Part shown: positions 47,356 to 55,738 of the stretch, piece by piece | Layout of the letters: each line of letters starts with the position of its first letter | Position numbering within the stretch: position 1 is the first letter of the stretch | NCBI GenBank assembly: GCA_964609895.1 | Contig: CAZSTG010000004.1 | Span: 16,288 to 80,287, forward strand | DNA length: 64,000 nucleotides | Reading direction: 5' to 3' | Origin: an uncultured Gammaproteobacteria bacterium | GTDB taxonomy: Bacteria; Patescibacteriota; Microgenomatia; UBA10105; UBA927 | Notes under the pieces: generated by a model | What the model was told of the DNA's origin: nothing | What the model saw: only the letters and a program-made list of their open reading frames with translations | The model's database searches: none | Translations under genes and position numbers: made by a program

Positions 47356-48342
47356 TTGTCTAGAAGTTTTTACACATATATGATCGTTACCTGTATTATA
47401 TCAAGCGCCGGATATCCGAAAAATCTGCCCGTTCTTTCCAAATGCATCAGATCGCTTATTGTCGCAAAGACGAACAAAACAAAACTGCGGATTATTGTCA
47501 CCACAAACAATCATAAACATCTCATCGAAAAAAACAGACACATAGATCACATATGCGTCTCCCCAAAAAGCTCCGGGTTTGTGGGGATCAACAATGCTGC
47601 CGTCATAAACACGATGCGCAAAAAAAGCGATTATTATCTCATCATCAACGATGATGCGTGGGTTGACAGAAACTTTTTCCACAATTTAAACAAGACTGTT
47701 CAGATTCATCCTGAACACAAAGATATTGTTATTCCGTTCATATTTGATGGTTCCAGTACGGCTGTTGATTCCTTCGGCGTTGAATATTTTCGCACAGGCT
47801 ATCCAAAAAACGCCTCTATGGAAACCGTTCAAACCTCTCTAGCCTCTATGTCCTGTTTGTTACTAAAAACAGAATTCCTAAAAAAAATGATTTCCTCCTA
47901 TGGATATTTTCTGAATCCATTACTCACGTGGTATCTGGACGACGTTGAGTTTTCCGTTCGCGCGCTTGCACTAGGAGGAAATCTGTATAGGGACAAAACC
48001 ATCGTCGCACACCATCTTCGCACTTACACATGGGGGAGAAAAAGTTATGCTGTTATATACTACAGCTTTCGTAACCTTATTTGGGTAATACTGTTAACTT
48101 GGCCAAAACGGGTGATAATAAACAACTTGCCTCGTATTATCTGTTGGCAAATACTTACCTGTGTGTACTGTCTTCTCAAATATTCCCCGCTATTATACCC
48201 GAAAATAATTTGGGACACCTGTGTACATTGGCGCATGCTGATGAAGGAAAGAAAAAACATTCTCTCTAAATATAAAAAGATAAATGCGTTCAATGCTATG
48301 TTTTCTTCTCTTGAAATCCGTCATGATAGAGTCACGTTTTGA
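47356..48342 (+). CDS. glycosyltransferase family 2-like protein
   Basis: 328 aa. DxD-like YYLIINDDAWVD. Assignment is weaker than for the other GT2 genes. Confidence 0.45.
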   Translation: MSRSFYTYMIVTCIISSAGYPKNLPVLSKCIRSLIVAKTNKTKLRIIVTTNNHKHLIEKNRHIDHICVSPKSSGFVGINNAAVINTMRKKSDYYLIINDDAWVDRNFFHNLNKTVQIHPEHKDIVIPFIFDGSSTAVDSFGVEYFRTGYPKNASMETVQTSLASMSCLLLKTEFLKKMISSYGYFLNPLLTWYLDDVEFSVRALALGGNLYRDKTIVAHHLRTYTWGRKSYAVIYYSFRNLIWVILLTWPKRVIINNLPRIICWQILTCVYCLLKYSPLLYPKIIWDTCVHWRMLMKERKNILSKYKKINAFNAMFSSLEIRHDRVTF

Positions 48343-48452
48343 AGTGCTGTTCTGTTAATGACAGGTGAGGAAATATGCAAAAAACTGATCGGCCGGCGCC
48401 GACAGGTCTGTTCACAAATTTATAAATTGTTCAATCAATAAAACGGTGGTTC

Positions 48453-49904
48453 TTACAACCATGTAGTTATTGCCGCATAAAGAAAATAAACAAAAATAAA
48501 ATTATTTGGAGCGGTATTTTCAAACAGCCCAATAAGATAAAACATGACTAACGAGGTATAAAATGTCAACGAATAAATGATTTGTCGCTCACTCTTTTTT
48601 TTAATAGACTCACATAAAGCCGCCCTGACCCGTTTTAGTACTAAAAAATTAATGGTTATATATATAAAAATACCCAAAACACCGGTTTCAGCAAGCACGG
48701 TTAATAGATCGTTGTGAGATGAAACGGCTTCACGATCTATTTCCCTAACCTCGTTTTCTCCGAATTCGCCCGTCTTATCATAAAAATGAAGTCGAACGGG
48801 TCGCTCTACTTCATATTGATAATTCCCTGCTCCAATCCCGACAAGGGGAGAGGCTAAAAACGCCGATATTGCTTGTCCATATAAAAACGTTCTGCCGAGA
48901 GTATAAGATACATCCCTCTCTTTCTCCTTCAGCAAAAAACGGTCAATGAGGCTATATCGAAATACAAGAGAGGCAAGAATAAGAGCTCCCGCTGCAGCCA
49001 CGCCAATCGGTATTAAAATTTTTCTCAAGGTGTTAACAGAGAGCAGTTTTGTGTGTAGCAAAACGCCTGTGTAGAAAATCGAGCCAAGCAAGAAACATAA
49101 TGTTAACCAACGAAAATTTGAGATAATAAAGGAAAAGGGAATTAAAAATATTCCTGACAGAACATATATAAGATGCAGGAGTTTATGACTTTTTTTTAAA
49201 AACACTGCGGAGCCGATAAAAAATGCGTAGCTGACAACGATATCTCCCCACTGCGGGCCTCTTCCTCTGCTCAAATCCTGAGCAATACTATATGCGGCGT
49301 CCCCAAACAAAAACTTCTTCGCAAAAAGAATGGCTTGGTCTCGAAACGCCACCTGAAACAGACTAATGGCGGAAATTCCAAGAGTTGTTAAACCAATCAC
49401 ATATATGGCTCTTTTCTGTTCCTTGTCAGAAAACCTCATCAGACGGATTATAAAAAAGTGCACCGTCGCAACCAATAATAATCGGAAGCTGGTTAAGTCA
49501 AAAATGTAAGGATTTTTTAGTAAAGAAAGCGCATTGACAATAATATATCCCACCACAAGCCAATCAATTAGGCGTATCTTTTTTTGCATATGAAGCTGTT
49601 TTTTTGCCGCAAGAAAAATAAAAAGTATCAGCTCGCACACCGCGACACCCGTTGAGAGTCCAATGCTGGTTTTTGGACGAAGGGGAAGCGGAGACGAAAA
49701 AACAACAACAATTCCCAAAATGTTTTGCACAGAGATAAAAAAAAGTAAATATTCTCTTTGAATTACTGTGTCCCAAATCCGCTGAATTGTTTTAAATAGC
49801 ACCATATGACACCACCGGCGTCTGTTAGTATACCCGAACACATCCTTTTTCAAAAGCTGTTGGTCTGTGATATAAATAACAGGACACATGACAACAAAAG
49901 GCAA
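48453..49904 (-). CDS. O-antigen ligase/Wzy-like polytopic membrane protein (second copy)
   Basis: 483 aa with about 11 TM segments. Wzy_C signature ...VGIGAGNYQYE... and SHNDLLTVLAETGVLG. Start uncertain (an alternative internal ATG exists). Confidence 0.6.
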   Translation of the reverse strand: MPFVVMCPVIYITDQQLLKKDVFGYTNRRRWCHMVLFKTIQRIWDTVIQREYLLFFISVQNILGIVVVFSSPLPLRPKTSIGLSTGVAVCELILFIFLAAKKQLHMQKKIRLIDWLVVGYIIVNALSLLKNPYIFDLTSFRLLLVATVHFFIIRLMRFSDKEQKRAIYVIGLTTLGISAISLFQVAFRDQAILFAKKFLFGDAAYSIAQDLSRGRGPQWGDIVVSYAFFIGSAVFLKKSHKLLHLIYVLSGIFLIPFSFIISNFRWLTLCFLLGSIFYTGVLLHTKLLSVNTLRKILIPIGVAAAGALILASLVFRYSLIDRFLLKEKERDVSYTLGRTFLYGQAISAFLASPLVGIGAGNYQYEVERPVRLHFYDKTGEFGENEVREIDREAVSSHNDLLTVLAETGVLGIFIYITINFLVLKRVRAALCESIKKKSERQIIYSLTFYTSLVMFYLIGLFENTAPNNFIFVYFLYAAITTWL

Positions 49905-51093
49905 AACAACAACCGAAAGACTTCTTGTGTTTCACACGGAGTGTGTTTACCTGCGCGGCGGAGAAAAATATATTTATGAACACATAAAATATGCTTCCAA
50001 GCGGCGCCCCGTTATATTGTTTGTAGAAAAAATTTCTCCTTATTGGGAAAAAATTTATTTTGACCTGCGCGTTCCAGTCTTCCTTCTTTGGAAACCAAAA
50101 AAATTCTACTGGGCACTTTTGCCAATAACATTGTTTGTTAATTTTCTTAGGCTCCGGAATACTATACAAAAAGGGGACGTCATTTTTGCGTCAATTTTTC
50201 CTTTGACGTTTTTGTCTGTCTTGCTCTCTAAAAGAACGATCGTATTTTGCTTTGAACCATTAAACATTTTTTATGACAAAGTTTTTATTCGAAATCTACC
50301 GACGCGGTCACAACACATAGTGCGTTTGCTGAAGTTTCTCTACCGTCCTCTGGACTCATATGCCATTTATAACGGGGGCGCGCTAGCCACATTAAACTTG
50401 GATGTTAAAAGGGCGGTAAAAAATCAATATGGAAAATTAGCGCGTTTTTTAATTCCAAACGGAGTTGACACTTCCTTTTTTACTCCAAAAGCGACGCCTC
50501 TCTTTTCTTTTAAACGGCGGGGGAGAACCGTTATTGGACATAGCACAGACTATACGCCTCTTAAGGGAACCGAATATTTACTTCGTGCTCTTCCCAGCGT
50601 GATACGAAATAACAAATCGGTTATTGTTTTAATCTCTGAAACCATTTCCAATCCGCAAAAAAAGAAGGAATATCAACAGTTAATTAAATCACTGCGCATA
50701 CAACAGCATGTGTTCTTTGTCGGGACAATTGAACAGAAGGATCTTCCGGGCTTCTACACCTCTTGCCACATTTTTTGTTTTTGCGGGTCTTCTTTTTGCG
50801 TTGGTGCATTTACCGCAAGTCTGTCTGTTATAGAAGCGCAATCATGTGGTTTGCCTGTGTTACGCACGGCAGGAAACAGGGGAGAAATAAAAATTAACAA
50901 AACTGGTTATTTTATATATCCGGAACAAACTTTTTCCTTCTCAAAAAAAATTCTTTTAGTAACAAGGTTTTCTAAGTCAAAATTGCGGGCGATGCAAAAA
51001 CATTGCCGTCAACATGCCAAAAGCTTCGACTGGGGTCTCTCGGCGGGTGCATTACACAAAGCAATACAGTTTATTTCTCGTCAGAAAAAATAG
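49888..51093 (+). CDS. glycosyltransferase family 4
   Basis: C-terminal FFVGTIEQKDL...SVIEAQSCGLPVL GT4 motif. Confidence 0.65.
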   Translation: MTTKGKTTTERLLVFHTECVYLRGGEKYIYEHIKYASKRRPVILFVEKISPYWEKIYFDLRVPVFLLWKPKKFYWALLPITLFVNFLRLRNTIQKGDVIFASIFPLTFLSVLLSKRTIVFCFEPLNIFYDKVFIRNLPTRSQHIVRLLKFLYRPLDSYAIYNGGALATLNLDVKRAVKNQYGKLARFLIPNGVDTSFFTPKATPLFSFKRRGRTVIGHSTDYTPLKGTEYLLRALPSVIRNNKSVIVLISETISNPQKKKEYQQLIKSLRIQQHVFFVGTIEQKDLPGFYTSCHIFCFCGSSFCVGAFTASLSVIEAQSCGLPVLRTAGNRGEIKINKTGYFIYPEQTFSFSKKILLVTRFSKSKLRAMQKHCRQHAKSFDWGLSAGALHKAIQFISRQKK

Positions 51094-51922
51094 AAATAAT
51101 CTGGGGGTTAATATTAATGTTGGAAAGCGATATGTAGAGAGGTTCTCCGATTTTGACTGTCTGAGTATAACCAAAGTACATTTCTTTCCCGACTTTTCTC
51201 GTAAGAATATCCATTATCAAAGTGACGTCTCTTCTTGATGGATCAGCGTTTAATAACACAAGTCTACCCAGATCTTTATATGAACCTCCATAAATAGCCT
51301 GCGGGTTTTCCGTAACCACCGTCTTTTCCGAGATGGATTCCTCCTTCTGTAAAACCCGCGCAACCTCTCGACCGGAATTATCACTCATCGTATCTCCAAC
51401 CAGAATTGCATCTGCCTGCCAAGGGAAAATATTATACCAGCGAACAGTCACTCTTTGAACTTGCGGCTGATCAATTTCCTGCACCCCTTCCAGCCCAATA
51501 ACATTCGCGTACATTTGTACATTTCCGGGGGAAATCTCGATCGTGGCGCCTATTTCAAGAGGGTTTTGACGAAAGCGATATTTTTTGGTTCTCAAATTTT
51601 TTGTTACAAGCAGTCGAGCGTGAAGAATCATTGTCTCTCTGTCTAAATAATCAAACTTCTGAACACCAAGAATCTCAACAATTTTTTTTCCTGTCATGTC
51701 ATATTCAACTGCGCCTCTCTGAACGGGTTCACCAAGCCAATAAGGGGGAGATGCCGTACCCCACCACCACTCTCCTCCTGTAACATACAGGTCGGCCGTA
51801 AGATAAGTTTTTTTTTGAAAAAAGCTCAAGGAAAAAACCACACCACTAAGAATAATTGCCACAAGAATAAGAAGGGCAAATAATGTTCTTTTTTTTGTTC
51901 GTTGGAGATTGCGCTTTTTCAT
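51071..51922 (-). CDS. hypothetical membrane-anchored extracytoplasmic protein
   Basis: 283 aa. N-terminal TM LFALLILVAIILSGVVFSLSFF. No recognisable catalytic motif. Confidence 0.4.
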   Translation of the reverse strand: MKKRNLQRTKKRTLFALLILVAIILSGVVFSLSFFQKKTYLTADLYVTGGEWWWGTASPPYWLGEPVQRGAVEYDMTGKKIVEILGVQKFDYLDRETMILHARLLVTKNLRTKKYRFRQNPLEIGATIEISPGNVQMYANVIGLEGVQEIDQPQVQRVTVRWYNIFPWQADAILVGDTMSDNSGREVARVLQKEESISEKTVVTENPQAIYGGSYKDLGRLVLLNADPSRRDVTLIMDILTRKVGKEMYFGYTQTVKIGEPLYISLSNININPQIISIFSDEK

Positions 51923-52030
51923 TTTCTAAACACTCATTCTCTTCACGGATACTGTACTACACTTTTAAAAGCAAAACAACCGCCCTTGTTTTTTGTGCAT
52001 TATTGACAAATTGAAATGGCAAGTTTATAT

Positions 52031-52049
52031 TGTGGATAAGTTGTCCACA
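52031..52049 (+). promoter_or_regulatory. two adjacent DnaA boxes upstream of dnaA (TGTGGATAA = perfect box on minus; TTGTCCACA one mismatch)
   Basis: 52031-52039 and 52041-52049, within 20-40 nt of the dnaA ATG at 52069. Suggests autoregulation or part of the origin. Confidence 0.6.
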
Positions 52050-52068
52050 TCTCTTGCCCTCATATATT

Positions 52069-53442
52069 ATGGAACCTCAACGGCTTTGGAAATCTGTGCT
52101 TACGGAGCTTGAGTTGTCTGTCTCAAAGGCAACGTTTCAAACGCATTTTTCTCAAAGTGACCTTCTTTCTCTCCATGATGGCGTCGCCACCATTGGACTT
52201 GCCAATCCTATGGTAAGAACCATGGTGGAAACTCGATATTATTCGCTTGTAAAAAGCATCATCGACCACAATACAAACGCCAATGTAAGCCTTGTGTTTG
52301 TCGTGGTTCCCAAAAAACAACAGCTTTCGGAAAAAGACGCGGGCCCCTTGTTCTCCCAAACAATTGATGTGCCTCGCGTGGACGCAATAAGTGCCGCCAA
52401 AAGACTGCACATTCAGCCAGAGTACACTTTTGAAACCTTTGCTGTGTCTACGACAAATCAAATCGCATATGCCGCCGCGTCTGCCGTTGCAAAAAGTCCG
52501 GGGTCCGCATACAACCCACTGTTTTTATATGGAGGCGTTGGAGTGGGGAAGACACATCTGATGCATGCGGTTGCAAACAGTATGCTTTCCAAAAAACCAG
52601 CCACGAAGGTGGTATATTGTATGGGAGAAGAGTTTTTGAATGAAATTATCGAATCAATTCAGACCAAATCTGTCAGACAATTCAAACAAAAATACAGGTC
52701 TGCAGAACTATTGTTGGTGGACGACGTACAATTTATTGCGGGAAAACAGACCGCACAGGAGGAATTTTTTCACACATTCAACGCGGTACACAGAGAGGGA
52801 GGACAGATTATTCTGACAAGCGACAGGTCGCCGGGGGAAATTTCCAGACTGGAAGACAGGCTCAGATCTCGGTTTGAAGGAGGACTTTTGGTTGACATCT
52901 CTCCGCCAGACTTTGAGCTCCGTGCGGCCATTGTCAACATCAAGGCTCGGGCGATGGGGTTACAGCTTAATACGGACGGCGCCCGCGTTGTCGCCGCAAA
53001 CTTTACAGACACAAGAGCCATTGAGGGTTTTTTAAAACGGCTCACCACGGAAGTAAGCGCGCACAAAACCGAACTTACTCCCGACTCCATAACGGCGCTT
53101 TTATCTTCGCGAGGCCAGACAAGCGGAGCGGTGCCCGCCACCAAAAGAAGGGTAACGCCGCAGGAGGTTCTAGACGCTGTTGCCAATTATTACAACATCA
53201 AGCCCTCAACCATTAAGGGGCCAAAGAGAGACAGACCCGTAGCAAGACCAAGACAGCTTATTATGTATCTGTGTAAAGTCGAGCTTGGCCTCACTCTCGA
53301 TGACATCGGCGGAATTCTTGGTGGAAGAGATCATACAACAATTATGCACGGAGTGGACCTGATTGCACACGAATTACCCACAAACGAACACTTGCGTGAG
53401 GCGGTGGGGGGGATAAAACAACAATTATGGGCCTCTTCATAA
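52069..53442 (+). CDS. dnaA: chromosomal replication initiator protein DnaA
   Basis: Start at MEPQRLWKSVLTELE. AAA+ Walker A GGVGVGKTHLMHAV. C-terminal DNA-binding domain with LTLDDIGGILGGRDHTTIMHGV. Confidence 0.9.
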   Translation: MEPQRLWKSVLTELELSVSKATFQTHFSQSDLLSLHDGVATIGLANPMVRTMVETRYYSLVKSIIDHNTNANVSLVFVVVPKKQQLSEKDAGPLFSQTIDVPRVDAISAAKRLHIQPEYTFETFAVSTTNQIAYAAASAVAKSPGSAYNPLFLYGGVGVGKTHLMHAVANSMLSKKPATKVVYCMGEEFLNEIIESIQTKSVRQFKQKYRSAELLLVDDVQFIAGKQTAQEEFFHTFNAVHREGGQIILTSDRSPGEISRLEDRLRSRFEGGLLVDISPPDFELRAAIVNIKARAMGLQLNTDGARVVAANFTDTRAIEGFLKRLTTEVSAHKTELTPDSITALLSSRGQTSGAVPATKRRVTPQEVLDAVANYYNIKPSTIKGPKRDRPVARPRQLIMYLCKVELGLTLDDIGGILGGRDHTTIMHGVDLIAHELPTNEHLREAVGGIKQQLWASS

Positions 53443-53625
53443 AGAGTTTTCCACTTATCCACAAAACGGATTTTTTTATCAACAGAGTTATCCACACTCT
53501 TTTGTCCGTCTTTTGCTCTCGCGACCTTGCTTGTTTAGAAGATTACCGCCGTTCGTTGACAAGACACCAGAAAAATCATACACTTTTCCACGCGCATTAC
53601 TATTACTACTACTTATAGAAATAAT
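53443..53625 (+). promoter_or_regulatory. probable oriC: dnaA-dnaN intergenic region with two perfect same-orientation DnaA boxes and an AT-rich unwinding element
   Basis: TTATCCACA at 53455-53463 and 53488-53496. A weaker TTGTCCGTC at 53502-53510. AT-rich tattactactacttatagaaataat at about 53590-53623. Confidence 0.65.
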
Positions 53626-54732
53626 ATGAAGTTTACGCTGTTACAAACAAATCTAATGAGCGCTCTTACAAAGACGTCTCGTATTATCTCCTCCAAGGCT
53701 CAGATTCCTGTATTACAAACCGTGCTTTTGGAAACCAAAGAGGAATTTTTATATATTGTGGGAACAAATACGGAAACAACAATAGTGACAAAAATAAACG
53801 CAAAGGTTACCCGTCAAGGAGGACTTTGTGTACCTGCGAAGATATTCCTTGAATTTATATCTACTCTTCCTGATGCACCCGTGGTTTGTGAGGAAAAAGA
53901 AGGGTCGCTTCATGTTGTGTGTGAGGGGTATGAAGCAACAATTCCAGGGGTATCAAAAAAAGAATTTCCTGAGATACCGGACGCACAAAAAGGGAAAGAA
54001 ACGGAGATTAAAAAAGATAAGTTTTTAAGAGCAATGGAGCAAGTCATCTTTTCTGCGGCAACAGATGAAGGGAGACCTATTTTAGCAGGGGTCAAAGTAA
54101 AAAAAACAGACAAAGGGGTGCTTCTGGTTACAACAGACGGATACCGACTGTCTTTAAAAAGGGAAGATGTCTCTTTTGGTGGAGAGACAGATGTTATAAT
54201 ACCTGCCAAAACGCTTACAGAGGTCATACGCATAGGAGCAGAAGAAAAAGAGAGTGAAAAGATTCTATTTAAACAGATAGCAGGGGCGCAACTGGTATTC
54301 TTTGTGGGAAACACAGAAATATACACGAGGGTAATTGACGGAGAATATCCAAACTTTGAAAAAATTCTTCCGAAGAGCCACACAACAAAAGTGGTTTTTG
54401 AAAAAGAGACGTTTTTAAGAGCGGTTAAGTCCTCCGCTTTGTTTGCAAGAGATAATGCAAATATTATAAAAATGCGCATCGAAGAAGAAAAAGTGAGTAT
54501 CTCCGCGAACGCACCGACAATCGGACAAAATAATGTTGAAATTTTTACCAACACAGAAGGGGAGGTTGGAGAAATTGCCTTTAACAGCAGATTTTTGCTG
54601 GAATTTTTAGGGAACTTTGAAGGAGAAAAAATAGCGTTTGAAATGACGGGATCATTGAATCCTGGAGTGTTTACGTCTGCGGACGGCGACGACTACCTTC
54701 ACATCATCATGCCTGTAAGAACCACAGCATAA
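53626..54732 (+). CDS. dnaN: DNA polymerase III subunit beta (sliding clamp)
   Basis: 368 aa. MKFTLLQTNLMSALTKTSRIISSK... three-domain clamp length. Directly follows dnaA. Confidence 0.85.
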   Translation: MKFTLLQTNLMSALTKTSRIISSKAQIPVLQTVLLETKEEFLYIVGTNTETTIVTKINAKVTRQGGLCVPAKIFLEFISTLPDAPVVCEEKEGSLHVVCEGYEATIPGVSKKEFPEIPDAQKGKETEIKKDKFLRAMEQVIFSAATDEGRPILAGVKVKKTDKGVLLVTTDGYRLSLKREDVSFGGETDVIIPAKTLTEVIRIGAEEKESEKILFKQIAGAQLVFFVGNTEIYTRVIDGEYPNFEKILPKSHTTKVVFEKETFLRAVKSSALFARDNANIIKMRIEEEKVSISANAPTIGQNNVEIFTNTEGEVGEIAFNSRFLLEFLGNFEGEKIAFEMTGSLNPGVFTSADGDDYLHIIMPVRTTA

Positions 54733-54735
54733 AGG

Positions 54736-55737
54736 TTATTTTGTGGCAGAAATAACAGTTGTTGTTGAGAGCGTGTTGCCTGAAGAGTCGCTCCCTCTTC
54801 CTGAAAAAAGAAACACGGGGGCAAGAAAATCCTCTAAAGGGGAAAAAAGGTATCCCAGTTGTATATCATAAATAGTGCTCCTCGCGGGGGGAGAGCTCGG
54901 TTGAAGAATGATGTTTTTTTTTGTTTTTTCACCTGTGTAGGAAAATTCGACAAGCGTGGCCTTACCGGAAAAAAGCGCATTTTTTGCCTCCGCGTAGGAT
55001 AGAATGGGAGATTGCTCCGTGTTCGCCGCAAATGAGGGGAACACATATGTTCGGAAAGACAAAATTTTTTTGTTGGCATCAAGTCCGACGGAAATGCTTT
55101 CCATATTGAAAGATCGGGAAACCAGAGGGCGGTTATTGAGAGAGAGTCGATAATTTGCCAAAAAAACACTCGCCTCAGACGGGTTGTTAACCGGAACGAA
55201 ATCCTTTCCCGACACAGAGAGAAAAGCCGTTGATGTGAGTTCGGGTGATGCTCCGCCAAAAAGAGTTGTGAGGTCGGAGAGAAAAGAAAAAGCGGCAATT
55301 TCATATTGAGAGACGGAAGAAGATAGGATGCCTGTTGAGCTGGCGTCGACAGAATAAGAAATTTCAAGAGGGGAACCGCCGACAATTAAGGTTTTTCCCG
55401 ACTCATTCCAGATGGAATATGTTCCCTTTGACCCCATAATGGTTTTTGGCTCAGAAGAAAAAGAGAAAAAGCGCGTCAGGAAAGAAGAGATTGTCTCCAT
55501 CTGAACAGGCGTAGAAAAGCTGTATGTCGTTATAAAAGAGGGAAAGTCGCGTTGTTGGTCGATGATATAGGTCGGTTGTATGGCAGAAACTCCCGTTATG
55601 GGAATAGACTCTTTTGTTTTTGATGAGGGCGGAGAGATTTTTGATTGTGAAGAAGGCGAAGATTTTTTTTGGGAAAAAAAGAGACCCAGTAGTAACCCGA
55701 GCGTGACAATGGCTGTAAAGATAATAAGCTTTTTCAT
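54736..55737 (-). CDS. hypothetical secreted/membrane-anchored Ser/Thr-rich protein (last gene of the T4SS-like operon)
   Basis: Start at MKKLIIFTAIVTLGLLLGLFF (signal/TM). Stop codon lies 3 bp from the dnaN stop (convergent). Confidence 0.4.
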   Translation of the reverse strand: MKKLIIFTAIVTLGLLLGLFFSQKKSSPSSQSKISPPSSKTKESIPITGVSAIQPTYIIDQQRDFPSFITTYSFSTPVQMETISSFLTRFFSFSSEPKTIMGSKGTYSIWNESGKTLIVGGSPLEISYSVDASSTGILSSSVSQYEIAAFSFLSDLTTLFGGASPELTSTAFLSVSGKDFVPVNNPSEASVFLANYRLSLNNRPLVSRSFNMESISVGLDANKKILSFRTYVFPSFAANTEQSPILSYAEAKNALFSGKATLVEFSYTGEKTKKNIILQPSSPPARSTIYDIQLGYLFSPLEDFLAPVFLFSGRGSDSSGNTLSTTTVISATK

Positions 55738-55738
55738 A

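Noticed and set aside
49888-49904. Divergent start-codon overlap of the GT4 gene and the second Wzy-like gene
   Set aside because: This is probably a start-site over-extension of the Wzy-like ORF (internal ATG candidates exist) rather than a true overlap. It has no functional significance.
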